Below, one piece after another: positions 41,101 to 52,129 of a stretch of 64,000 nt of DNA. The notes under the pieces are model-generated. The model saw only the letters and a list, made by a program, of their open reading frames with translations, was not told the DNA's origin and did no database searches. Every line of letters begins with the position of its first letter. Positions within the stretch are counted from its first letter, which is position 1. Source of the stretch: Rhizaria sp. SCN 62-66 (Eukaryota); contig MEDY01000149.1 in the NCBI GenBank assembly GCA_001724265.1, positions 1-64,000 of the forward strand, in the 5' to 3' direction. The position numbers and the translations under genes were made by a program.

Positions 41101-44100
41101 TCTACATCATGCAGCTTACGTGCGCAACAAAGATGATCGATCAGGACTTGCGACGCAAATGCTTTTGTCTCTTTACCAGCATGCGATTGGACGTAAAGGT
41201 ACGAATTAAATGTCTCTATTAATGATGCTGCAACTAATGTGCACCATGTGTTTGTGTTTACAATGGCTTGTGTGCTTACAGTTTCCTTGTAATTCGTATG
41301 TTTCTTTTAGCTGTCACTGACATTTACCGCGGAGAGACGTCACCACTGTTGAGCTTGGCGGCACCACCTTCGGCGGGCTCGGTCTCTCCTTGGTCTCAGT
41401 CGCCACTTGACTCTGTCATTGCGCTGTACGTCCAACAACGCGCCCATGCGCGCGCGTTGCGCGGAGCGGGGGTCACGGTTACCAAGCGCCATCGTCTTGG
41501 ATCAGTCTCGGTTGGCATCGCTACTGCGGGTGGCGGCCTCAGCGCCGACTCAGACTCCGACCCTGACTTGGATGCCGGTGCAGATTCAGGCGTGCAGACG
41601 CGGAAAACGATTCCTTTACGCGATCTTCTGTTGCAGCTTGGCGTGTACCATCGTTTTAAGTCTTTTGGCAGCTCAAAAAATGCTTCTGGGCAAATGCCAG
41701 AGTGCCGCCGCCGTCGCTGGCTCATCACCCTGGTTGGACTTAGCGATGGCGCTGGCGCCAGTAACAGCGATGGGGTAGCCGCCAGCGGCGCCGGCGCAGC
41801 GGCAAGCTCGGGTGTGGGTACAGGGCCTGGAATGGCGACTGGAGCAGACGGTGCCGTCGCTGCTGTTGCGGCGGCTGCGCGTGCCGGCGCTGGTGCAATT
41901 GTGCCTACGGTTGCTGTCTACAGTGCGACTGCTGCGGCGTCAGTGTCCGTTGCTGCCGCTGCTGCGGCTGCCCCTGTCCGTCCTCATGTGGCAGGTGACC
42001 TTGCTTCTGTGCGTAAAACATTGCCCAGAATCTGCACTGTTTGTGCGATTCTTGCGCGTGATGGCGTTCAAGCGGACTCGACGGCAGACGTTGCCGCCGC
42101 CGCTGCTGGAACGCACCTTACGATTGTGGACAGCAACGGCCAGACGGCGCATGTGTCTGACGACCCGTATTCTGAGTTTGCCTTCACGCGTGATTTGATA
42201 TTTCTACCACTGCATCGTCGCTTCATTGCGCGTGCGCTGCTTTCTAGCTATGTTGCCCCTGAGTTTACCGGTCCCTCGTCAGTATTGGCCACCGTTGCGC
42301 GTCTGCAATCTGCGGGCCGCTCACCCCATTGCACGCGATGTGGAGGGCCAACTGTGACCCCGCCTCAGTCTCCGCGCACAGGTGGCGGCGCCACTGATGT
42401 CGGTGTGCGCCTTTGGGCTCTGCACCCGCGTCTTGTTGACGCCACTTGTGGCTGGATTGGCGACCGCGCCTCCGCACCGTCCTCCGCCGCCGCCAACGAT
42501 GACGCCCGCACGCGTGCGCATGCCCTTGGCGAGCTGGTGCGCGCGCGCGAGCGCTGGCAGCGGCGCGTGCGTGGCATTGCGACTGCACATGATGAGGCTG
42601 TTGACCGTGCGATTGCGCTGGAACGCGCAGCGGCAGAACGCATGGTTGCAGCGGAAGAGCGATGCAAGCTTGTAGCTGAAGCCGCCGTTATAGCGGCCAA
42701 AGATAGTGTCATTGCTGCTACACAAGTACTTGCATCCGTGCCGGCGGCATCAAGTGTCAAAAGAGGTGGGAGTTGGAGCGATGCATTGGGTGCTCGCCCT
42801 GGAGCTCATCGTCCCCACACCGCGCATGTCACGCGTCGCAATCCGTCTGTTTATGTTACCGCATCAACAGCCCCAAGCCTTGCCGCGGAAGTTGAGGATG
42901 TTTCGGGGAATGGCGAGTCAGTGCTTGTTGCTGTTGCCGGGCGTCGTCTCGGTAGCGCAATGGCACGGATTGACCTTTCTGAAAGCTATGGTTTGGGCGA
43001 CAGTAGTGTTGACACTGCTCCCAATGGGACGTTCCAGCGCAAGGACGAAGCTTCGTCAACTCTCACTCGGGAAACAACTGAGCCCACGTTGCTAAATAAT
43101 GCCGCTTCTGATGCCTCCAATACTGTGTCAGCCTCACGATTCTCGCGTCCGCGCACAGCGTACGCGCTTGGTTCATACGCTGCACCACTTAAACAGTCTG
43201 CACCTGCTCCTACCAAGCAAAGCAATGCTGACTCTGCCGCGACTATCACGGAACGCAAGCCTGTTACAACAACTGTTGCTGGAACAGTCGCCGCCCGCGC
43301 ACGCGCAGACGCCCGCGTAGCAGTCGCTGCGCGTGCGACGCTGTCGGCATACACAGCCTTGCTCTTGCCGCTTCCACAAGCGGGGACATCATTCATGCGT
43401 CGCCGTCACGATTAGCTGGCACCTCCAGACCCAGACGTTGCGTTGCTGTTAACCGCGACTGGCACGGGCGAGAGCGTTGAAGAAGGCGGAGTTGCGAGCA
43501 CGAACGAAGTAGGTCGCGTGGTGGTGCGTACGACTAGGTCTCGGCCAGTGCATCCGTCGTGGGGGCCGCCGCGGCCTTTGCCGCCGTCTTTCCTACCCTC
43601 TCAGGCGCAGCGCGCGTATGCTGCTGCTGCAGCCCACGCCCGCGCTGAAGACGCGCTACGTGGATACATGCATACCGAGCAAACGCGCCACGCACTAATG
43701 GACGCACGCTACCTGCGCTCTCGCAAAGGCTTAAATGAAGCGGTGGCTAAGGCCAACCGCGAGGCTGCTGAGGGTGCTGCTCTGAGGCCTCCTAGCGCAA
43801 GCACGACTGCTTCGAGCACGATTACTAGCACCGAAGGCAACGGTGCAGGACTGGGGCGTAAGCATCGGCCGCGCGGATACACTGGGCCTATCGCGGCCGC
43901 TGATGCCGCAGGCCGCGCGGCGCGGTCAGCTGTTGAACAGGCGCTTGCTCTCATGACACCAGCTGCTCCTGCAACTCAGACTTCGGCTCCAACACGCAAA
44001 GGGTATGTGGCCACTGCGGCTGGACAAGCTGCGGCAACTGCCACTGCTATTGAATCTCCAAACGCTCACTGCAGCGCTGATGCCACGCAAGATGGAGCAG

Positions 44101-44552
44101 CGCCTGACCAAACACAGCCGCTCATCCTCAATGCGCAACGCGCTTTTGACCCAACAGATGCTCCTACGTTGCTTCAACAGCGCCCGCGCACAGCCTTACG
44201 TGCCGGCACGGCCGCCAGCACTGCCAAGCGCCCGCAGACGGCAAGATTTTCCTCCTTGCCCATGCGGTCTGCATTGCTCTCAACGGCAAGCAGCACCACG
44301 GACAAAGACGTGGCCGGCATAAGTGCTGTCGTCGCCATGGATCTTCCTCTGCGGCAGTGTGGGCTGGCATCATGCGGCGCACTTCCTACGGCTCACGCAC
44401 ATTCTGCAGAGGCTGGTTCTGGCGTTAGCTGTGGACGTTGTGGCGAGTGGTACTGTAGCGAGACACACAGGGCAGCCGCGAAGGCAGCCCACCACGAGCG
44501 GGAGTGCCTCGTGCCATCTAAGGTCGCAGATTGGCATGCGCACTGGAACTAA
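32114..44552 (+). CDS. Giant (~4100 aa) Ala-rich protein with C-terminal MYND-type zinc finger; exons 32114-41198 and 41311-44552; two in-frame TAG (35795, 43413)
   Basis: ORFs 32030 and 35798 share one frame and are split only by TAG. An intron joins them in phase to ORF 41268, which continues through TAG into ORF 43443. The C-terminus CGLASC...CGRCGEWYCSETHRAAAKAAHHEREC is MYND-like. Ends in TAA. Confidence 0.65.
41199..41310 (+). other. Spliceosomal intron (112 nt)
   Basis: AAAG|GTACGA donor, AT-rich body, TTTCTTTTAG acceptor; a phase-1 join gives in-frame K-A-V-T-D. Confidence 0.8.
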
Positions 44553-44979
44553 ACTTTAAACTAACTATGAATCTAAGCACTACATTTACCTAGAATGTTT
44601 TTACTTTACGTTTGATTACTCTCGATACATTTTTCAGTCGACTTTTGCCACTTAGACCAAATATTATTACGCAACATGAATATATGCACAAATGGATCAA
44701 CAAAAATGTTACGTCAATCATGCTAACCAACCCCAAATTATGGACTTCACAAACACAACTGGCACACAGATTCAGACCTTGCGCGCACAAGTATCAGAGC
44801 GCAAGGACTATCCTCGAGGTGAACCGGTACTTCTAAATGCCCAGACGGGCCTGCTCTGGCGCGCGCCAGCCCTGTCCGACAAAATAGTATGAAAGGGTAA
44901 CAACTATGTAAAATGTATAAAGCAAAAGCATGTCAAACATGCTCAAATCTAACGTATAAATTAATCAAATATCGGTGCA

Positions 44980-47900
44980 TTAATAATGGAAACGGTTCGC
45001 AGAGCTCGCAAGTGAAGCTGTGCGCAGTGCCGCACCGCGCGCCAGTGAGGCGCGAAGCCATAAAACTACGGCCACAAAGGCAATGCTGTTGCGCAGCCAT
45101 GGCGAGCGGCGCACGCGGGAGTACACCAGATACGCGTACACAGCCGGCACCGGCAGCAAGCGCACAAAGGCGGGCAGCGTCAGCCGCACTGTCCGCGCAC
45201 GCACATCCCCTGTCACAGTTAGCTCGCCAGGACGCGCACCGTCGCTACCGCGGCGCTCCAGCATGCGCTGGTGGCGCGCTTCAGCCGCAGCACTGTTCGC
45301 ACTGTTTCTACGCTCGCGCTCGCGTTCTTCGTCATCGAGATCGGACTCGAAGTCCGAGTCCGTGCCGGCGTCGGAGACAGCAGCACCGTCAGCGTCGTCA
45401 TCTTGGTCGCTCTCAGGCAGCTGCTGCAGCTGCTATTGATGCAGCTGCTGATGCTGCTGCACAGTGTTGGGCGCGATGGCGGGCAAGCGTGTCACGTTGG
45501 CTGCCGCGCTCTCAGCACGCTCGATGGCCTGCTGCTCGCGCTCGCGCCGGCGCTCGCGCAAAGCGCGGCGGCGGCGCGCACGCACGAGTCGCGCAACGGC
45601 CCGCTCAGCATCTTCGAGCCCCCAGTCGGGCTCTTCGGCGGCGGCCGCAGCGACGGCGGCGCGCTCGGCGTCCTCCAGCCGCGCCAGAGCGCCGAACAGA
45701 GCGCGCTGCTCCACGCGCGCCGCCTCGCTCAGCGGCGCTGCGACGACAACGGCGCTGCTCGATGCGCCGTCGCCCGCGCCCGTGCCGGCCGCGACAGCCG
45801 ACGCGGCGGCCGCGGTGGCAGCGGCCTCGGCGGCCGCGGTCGCGGCCTCGACCTCGGCGCGCTTGGCGTTAAGCGCGGCGCGCGCGGCCAGCACGGTTTG
45901 CGCCTTGCGCCAGTCGTCCACAACGGGCCCCACGGCCGCGGCAGTGACCGTGAGCACGACTGCCAGAGCGCTCGCGCGCGCCGCGGCGGACACAGCGGCG
46001 AACACGGCGCGGCGGGCGGCGGACCGCGCGGCAGGCGAGAGTACAAGGCGCAGCGCGAAGAGCGTGGCGGCCGTCGCGCCCGCGGTCTGCACGGCGGCCG
46101 CGGCCACTGGGGCCGGCGGCAGCGCGGTGTAAGCGCGGCGTATCGGCGCCGGGATCAGTGCAGGGGCGCGCGCGCGGACCCAGGCGCCGACGCTGTCGGT
46201 GACGAGCGCGGTGCCGTACTTGGTCGCGGCCCACAGAAAGGGCGCCGTTGGGTCAAAAACAGGTCCGCGGCGGCACGGCGCAGAGAGAATGCGCTGCACG
46301 TGCTTGCGGAAGGGCGTCACAAACGGTCCGGCCGCTGCGGCAGCAGCCGCAGCGGTAGTGGGCGTCGTCGGGGCCACAGGCGTCTGAAACTGCGCCGATA
46401 CAGGCATGTGCGCGCGCGAGACGGAGAGCGCAGACAGCACAGTGTCGCCGCTGAGGGGCGGCGCCTGAGTCGCGCGGGGACGCAGTGAGCGCAGCTGAGG
46501 CTGTGATGCAGACGGACGCGGATGTGCACCGTCTTCGCTCTCGCTCTCGCTGCCGCTCCAGCTGCCAAAACCACGGAGGCCGCCGCTGACACGCACAGTG
46601 CCACACGAAGCCTGAAGACCGGGCGCAAGACCGGACGCAGGGGTCTGCAGACTGGCAGCCTGGCCCAAAGCCTCGAACGCGGCGGCCACCACCGCAGCCT
46701 CGGTCTCGGCGACAGACGTCGGCGCAATAGGCAGCGGCGGTGCCGCAACATGCGTCGCGAGAGCATTATCCTTGTTGTTCGTCGCAGCTCCACCGTCATC
46801 GTCACTATCGTCGTCGTTGTCATCGTCGTCGCTGCAGCCGAGCCATGTTGTGACAAGCGTCTCTACCTCGGTCGCTGCGGCCCGCTCGCGCTGCTGCTGC
46901 TGCAGCTGCTGCCGCGCCAGCTGTTGCCAACGCGGGACGCGCGACGCCGCTCTCCAGCGGGCGTCCTCGGCCTCATCCTCATCCTCGCCCATTCCAGGCA
47001 GCACGGCGGCGGCGGAGACGGGGGCAGCGTTAGCAGCCGCGGTTGTGGGCGGCCCAGCGGGCGCCATTGTTGCTGCGGCAGCGGCGGCGAGCGCGCGGCT
47101 ATCTTCGCCAACTGCGGGCGTGCGGCCGCCGATGCGGAAGTCGAGCCGCCCCATCGCGCGCGGCGCGCGGCTCTGATGCACATGCTCAGCTGCGGTCGCC
47201 GTCTGCGCGCCGGTGCCGGTGCAGGTGCCAGTGCCAGGGCTCTCGCCCTCGTCTTCCTCGATCACCACGCCCAAGCGCGCAGCACCCCCGGGCGTGGCAG
47301 CGGCCGAAGCGGCGGCAGCGCTGGCGTCGTCGCTGTCACTGAGGTCGTCTCCGAGCAAACGACGCAGCGGGCGTGGCAGCGCATCGGCGACGCGGTTGGT
47401 CAGCACGCGCTGTGCCGACGCGGGCAGCCGGTTTAGAACCACCTTGCGGTCATCGGGCGTCATGTTGAACGCGATGAGCGACACGACATCTGAGAATACG
47501 CCGCCGGACCACTGTGTCTCGACCAAGTCGAGCAGCGAACGGTCGAGCAAAGTGGCGCGCATGCGCTCGACCTTGGCCAGTGCGCTCGCGGGCAGCAACG
47601 ACATCACGCCGGCCGCCGCACCGCCGCCGCGCACGGTGTCGGCCACCAACGCCGTCGCGAACAGCACCGCCGCGCGCGCCAACAGTGCGCACGCAACGCC
47701 CACGGCGGCCAGCAGGTACAGCGTCTGCGGCGACAGCGCGATGACCAGTCCGGACAGCACGAGCAGCAGCGCCGCGGCCGCCAGCGCGCGCGGAGACGCT
47801 GCGAGCGCAAGGAGCGTCGGCAGCACGGCGCGCGCGTGGCGGCGCAGGAAGCGCAGCACCGCGCGGCGCGCTGAACGGAGGCGCGCGCGCAGGGCGTGCG

Positions 47901-50900
47901 CCAGCGGCGAGTGCGCGTAGACCTCAGCACACGCGGCAGCGCAGTCGCGGGCGTGTGCGCGCGTGCTAGTCAGCGCGGTGGCGGCCGACGCGCGCGCGAG
48001 CGCTGCGAGCGCGGCGGCCGCAGCGGCCGGGGAGACGAGCACAAGCGCGATGACGTCGGCGATCGAGCCCGAGAGCGTCATCGCCAGCGCCTCAGCGTCG
48101 CGAGCGAGTGCGGCGCCGCTGTCGGCAGTTTCGTCGGTGTCAATGTCAGTCTCGTCGCCTGAGTCGGACGGCGCGTCCGTACCGGCGCCCAGTGTCACTT
48201 CAGGCGCATACGCGGACGCAGACACATGCATCGTCTCTGGCCCAGGCCCAGCCACAGAAGCAGAAGCAGCAGGCGCAGAGGTGCGGATGAGAGCGGTGGT
48301 GTGTGACGCGCCCATCGCGGGCTCAGACAGCGTAGACGCAAGCTGCACAGCGGCCGGCGCGGCGGCAGTGACGACGCCGCGGGCCGGCGCTGAGAGCGGG
48401 GGGGTGCGCGCGCCGGTGCGGCGGGGCTGGCCTGCAGCGCCGTGGGGCCGCCGCAGCCGCAAGCCGGCGCTGCTCACGGTCTCCGTGGCGGCCGCGGCGT
48501 CGGCGGCTGCGGCGGCAGCGTCATCGGGCTCCTCCCGGTCAGAGTCGAGCGCGTCAAGCGCATCGTTGTGGCCCGACATGCCCTGCGCACGGTCCGCGCG
48601 CGAGGACGACGTCGACAGCGCAAGCCGCTCGCTTTCACACCCGCTGTCGTACGTGAAGCCCGCAGCAGCGGCCGTGGCAGCGCCAGCGGCTGTGGCCGAC
48701 ACGACCACGTCGCCGTGCACAGGCGGTGAGGCTACGGCTCTGCGCTGGCCTGCGGCCACGGCGCTGTCAAGCGAAACGACCGAAGACGCGGGCGAGGCAA
48801 GCAAAGGCGCGCGGCCCGGTGCAGAGACGGCCACGACACCACTCGAGAGCACGCTGCCATGCATCGCGAACGACGCAGACGCGGACGCAGACTCGAAATC
48901 GACATCAGCGTCTGTGCCAGCGAATGACAGATTGGCGAAGCGCGCGTCCTCGTCGTCATCGTCGTCGTCGCCGTTGTCGCCGCTGTGGTCGTCATGGTGG
49001 TCACTGGGCACGTCGGCGCTGTCCGCGAGCGAAGCCGGGCGCGTGAGCGGCGACCGCGGTGGCTGCGGGCCTCCCCACGCCGCCGAGGGGGCAGCGCCGC
49101 CGCTGTGCGCGCCGCCACTCTGTGCGCCGCCACTGTGCAGCGCAGCGGTGCCGTCCGTCTCGACGTGGCCACTGCTGCCGGTCTGCCCGCTGTTGGTGCT
49201 GTTGCTGCTGGAGCTGCTGAGGAACAACCCATTCGCGGCGGACGACGCCTCGCTGCTCGCGGGGCCAGCTGTAGCGGCGCAGGGCAGCGCGCCAGAGCCC
49301 GAACCCGAGCTGGCGCCGCCGCTGGCGGAGGTCACCAGCGCGCTGTCGCTGCCCAGAAGACTGCTAGGCGCGAAAAGCGTCCGGTGCGCTCGTGGCAACG
49401 GCGAGTCGTGTCCACTGGCCTCGACTCGAGCCTCGGCTCTAGACTGCGAGTCGCGTGCAGGCGTCTGCGTGCGCGCCTCAGCCAGCGGTCTCTCTTGCGA
49501 GCGCATGTATATGTGCGATGGCGATGTGGCCGCAGATGCAGACGCGGGCAGCGCAGAGGCGGCAGCTGCAGCGTTGTATGGCGTAGCACCGTAGACTGAG
49601 GCAGCACGCGTGGGCGCGGCGTGCAATGACGGGCTCGTATACGCCATCGCGGAGCCCAGTACCACACGCTGCGGACCAGTCAGCTGTGAGAGTGGGTCTG
49701 AATCGGTATCACCGCTGTCGACGTCAAACACGGCTCCAGCGGCCCGGCCGGCCGCGGAGGCCGCGAGCCGGGCCCCGGCGGTCGCGGCGGTGGTCTGCGC
49801 GCGCGGGGGCGTGTTGGGCGCCGACGCAGAGGCGGGCACGGCAGCGGCGACGGCAGCAGCGGCAGCAGCAGCAGCAGGCGATACAGTATCAGTGGGCGCG
49901 GAGACGGCTCCTGTGACAGCGACAGAGGGCTGGGACAGCGGAAGCGCGCTCTTGGCCTCGTCGGCGTCAGGTTTCGCAGCAGCAGTAATGTTGGCGTTTG
50001 CAGTGTCGGGGCTGAGCGGTGAAGCAACAGCGGCGGCCACAGCGGCGGCAATCACCGCGGCCGCGGCGGCGGTGGCCCGGGCATCGCTGTTGTCGTCGTC
50101 GCCGTCGTCGCCGACGCCGCCTGGCACGACGTGGGCGGCTGTGGATTCGTGTCTCGTCTTCACGCCAGTCCACAGCTTTGCGCGTCCAGCCTTAGCATTT
50201 GCGACGACGGTGGCGAACTGCGTGCTGGCCTCAACAGCAGTCTCATTAGCAGCAGCAACCTTGGCCTCAACAGCCGTAGCAGCGACGGCCATAGCAGCAC
50301 CAGCCTTGGCAGCAGCGGCCATGACAGCAGCGGCCTTGACAGCAGCGGCCTTGACAGCAGCGGCAGCGCGGCGGTCGTCTTTGCGTGCGCGGTGCGACTG
50401 CAACGGTGCATCTTCCGACGCCCAGTCTGAGAAGAACACGCATCCGTCGTCGCCGTCGCTCTCCGCATCACGCGCACTCGCGCTCACGGCGTTGCCATCG
50501 CGGTCATGGCCGCTCTCGCCGTCGCTGTCTCCGTCGCTGCGACCGGTGCCGGCGGCGTTGAAGTCGACGTCTGAGTCGGAGCCTGAGCTTGAACTCGAGC
50601 TCGAATCGAATAGCCTGTTGTTGCTACTGTTGCCGTTGCCGCTGCCGTTGCCGCGGCCGCGGCCGTGGCCGTCGCGCACTGCCGCGCGTGGTGGAGTCGA
50701 GATCTGGCCAGTCGCAGCGCCAACAATGGAACGGGCGGGGGACAAAGTCAAAGCAACGGCCGCAGCCGTCGGCGCTGCTGTTGCAGACGCAGACACCGCC
50801 AGCGAAGCCAGCGAAGGCGACGACGACGACGACGATGATGACGAGGATGAAGAAGGCGTCAGCGGCGCATAGTGCCGGCGCGCCTGCAGTGCAGGCCCCG

Positions 50901-51465
50901 CTGCGCCCTCCGCCGCCGCAGCAGCAGCGCCAAGAGACGCCGCGGAGCTTGCGGCGAGCAAACCGGCCACAGTGCCTGCAATCGAAGCATACGCCACTGG
51001 CGGCGACGGCGGCGACTGCGAGTGCGCGCTGAAGCGCCCCGACTGGTAGCTCGGCGTCTGCGCAGCGGCCGCGGCGACGGCGGCGGCGGCGGCCGCAGCG
51101 GCAGCGGATGCGTTGGCGGAGGAGGCGCTGGGTGGAGTGGCGTGTGCGTGCGCATGTGCGTGTGCGTGTGTAGCGGAGCGAGGGCTGGGGGTGCTTGCGC
51201 CTGGGCTGGAGCCTGAGGTGGAGTCAGAGCTGGTGCTTGTGCACGTGCCCGTGGTCGCGGCCAGCGTGGGCGAGCCTGGCGCTGCGGGCGTCGAGGGAGA
51301 CGAACGCGCGCTCATTGCACCGGCGGCGGAGACGGCGAGAGGGGGCGAGCCTGGAACGGCGCGCTTCAGGGTTACCTGGGCAGGCGAAATCAGGTGCTGA
51401 ACGACGCCTGTGGGGTGGTAAATGTTACCGGAGTAGGCGTGCGTGTCGCCGCGATTGCCGTCCAT
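44980..51465 (-). CDS. Large (~2160 aa) low-complexity membrane protein with a central hydrophobic segment and C-terminal TM tail; one in-frame TAG at 45435-45433
   Basis: ORF 45433..51465 ends at TAG, but the frame stays open for 56 codons (QLQQLPESDQDDDADG...) into ORF 44980..45264, which ends in TAA at the edge of AT-rich spacer DNA. Confidence 0.7.
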
Positions 51466-52129
51466 GAGGCAGACGGGAAAGCGCGCGCGCAGACGCCGAA
51501 ACTGTATGTTTAAGGGAAAGTGGGGTCTGGTAGGTCTACAAGCAACTAGGGTAGGTTTTGGTCCAAATGACAGGTCTGTGAGAAAAATCGCGACAGAAAA
51601 TGGTAGCTATAACTTATATTAAGTTGCACATTAGTGTAATTTCCGATAGGACCCGCGTTGTGAGGAGACACAGCGAGCAGAAGGGCGTCGCTCCAACGTA
51701 GTTCTTTGCCGTTGGTGTTGAGTAGGTTTCACAAGCGATACAGAGGCATAGCAGAGTCGTGCAAGTGTGTGGCATTTAGAAATATATATTCATGTGAATA
51801 TGTTATCGAGGAGCTCGTCGCTTTGCTAACTGAACGATCATTTGGTTTCGTCAAGAACAACAGAATCAAGTCCACGCCGACCCCCCATGCCTGTGGCAAG
51901 ACGGGCAGCAAGCAGTCAGATTGCGAGCAGAATGATAAATCAAGTAAAAAGTCGCCCAATATGGACACGGATTCAGCCGAACTAAAGATTATTATTTATT
52001 TCATAGACGTCACCAAATAAAAAAGCGCGTCGCAATTATCTTAACACATACATATGTACCAAACCCCCAACCACAGCAAGCAACATCAACAATTACAGTC
52101 AACAGTACCCCACCAGAGACGAGTCACGC

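Noticed and set aside
50305-50365. 15-bp tandem repeat (AGCAGCGGCCTTGAC-like)
   Set aside because: An ordinary coding micro-duplication (AAAVK repeats) within a low-complexity region.
25063-51465. Pyrrolysine or selenocysteine explanation for the in-frame stops
   Set aside because: The codons are UAG, not UGA, so not Sec. Pyl is known only from prokaryotes, and these are intron-containing eukaryotic genes unrelated to methylamine methyltransferases.
25063-51465. Three independent pseudogenes
   Set aside because: Disfavoured rather than excluded: the only lesions are TAG codons, with no TAA, TGA or frameshifts across about 21 kb of these three CDSs, and the regions downstream of the TAGs remain intact.
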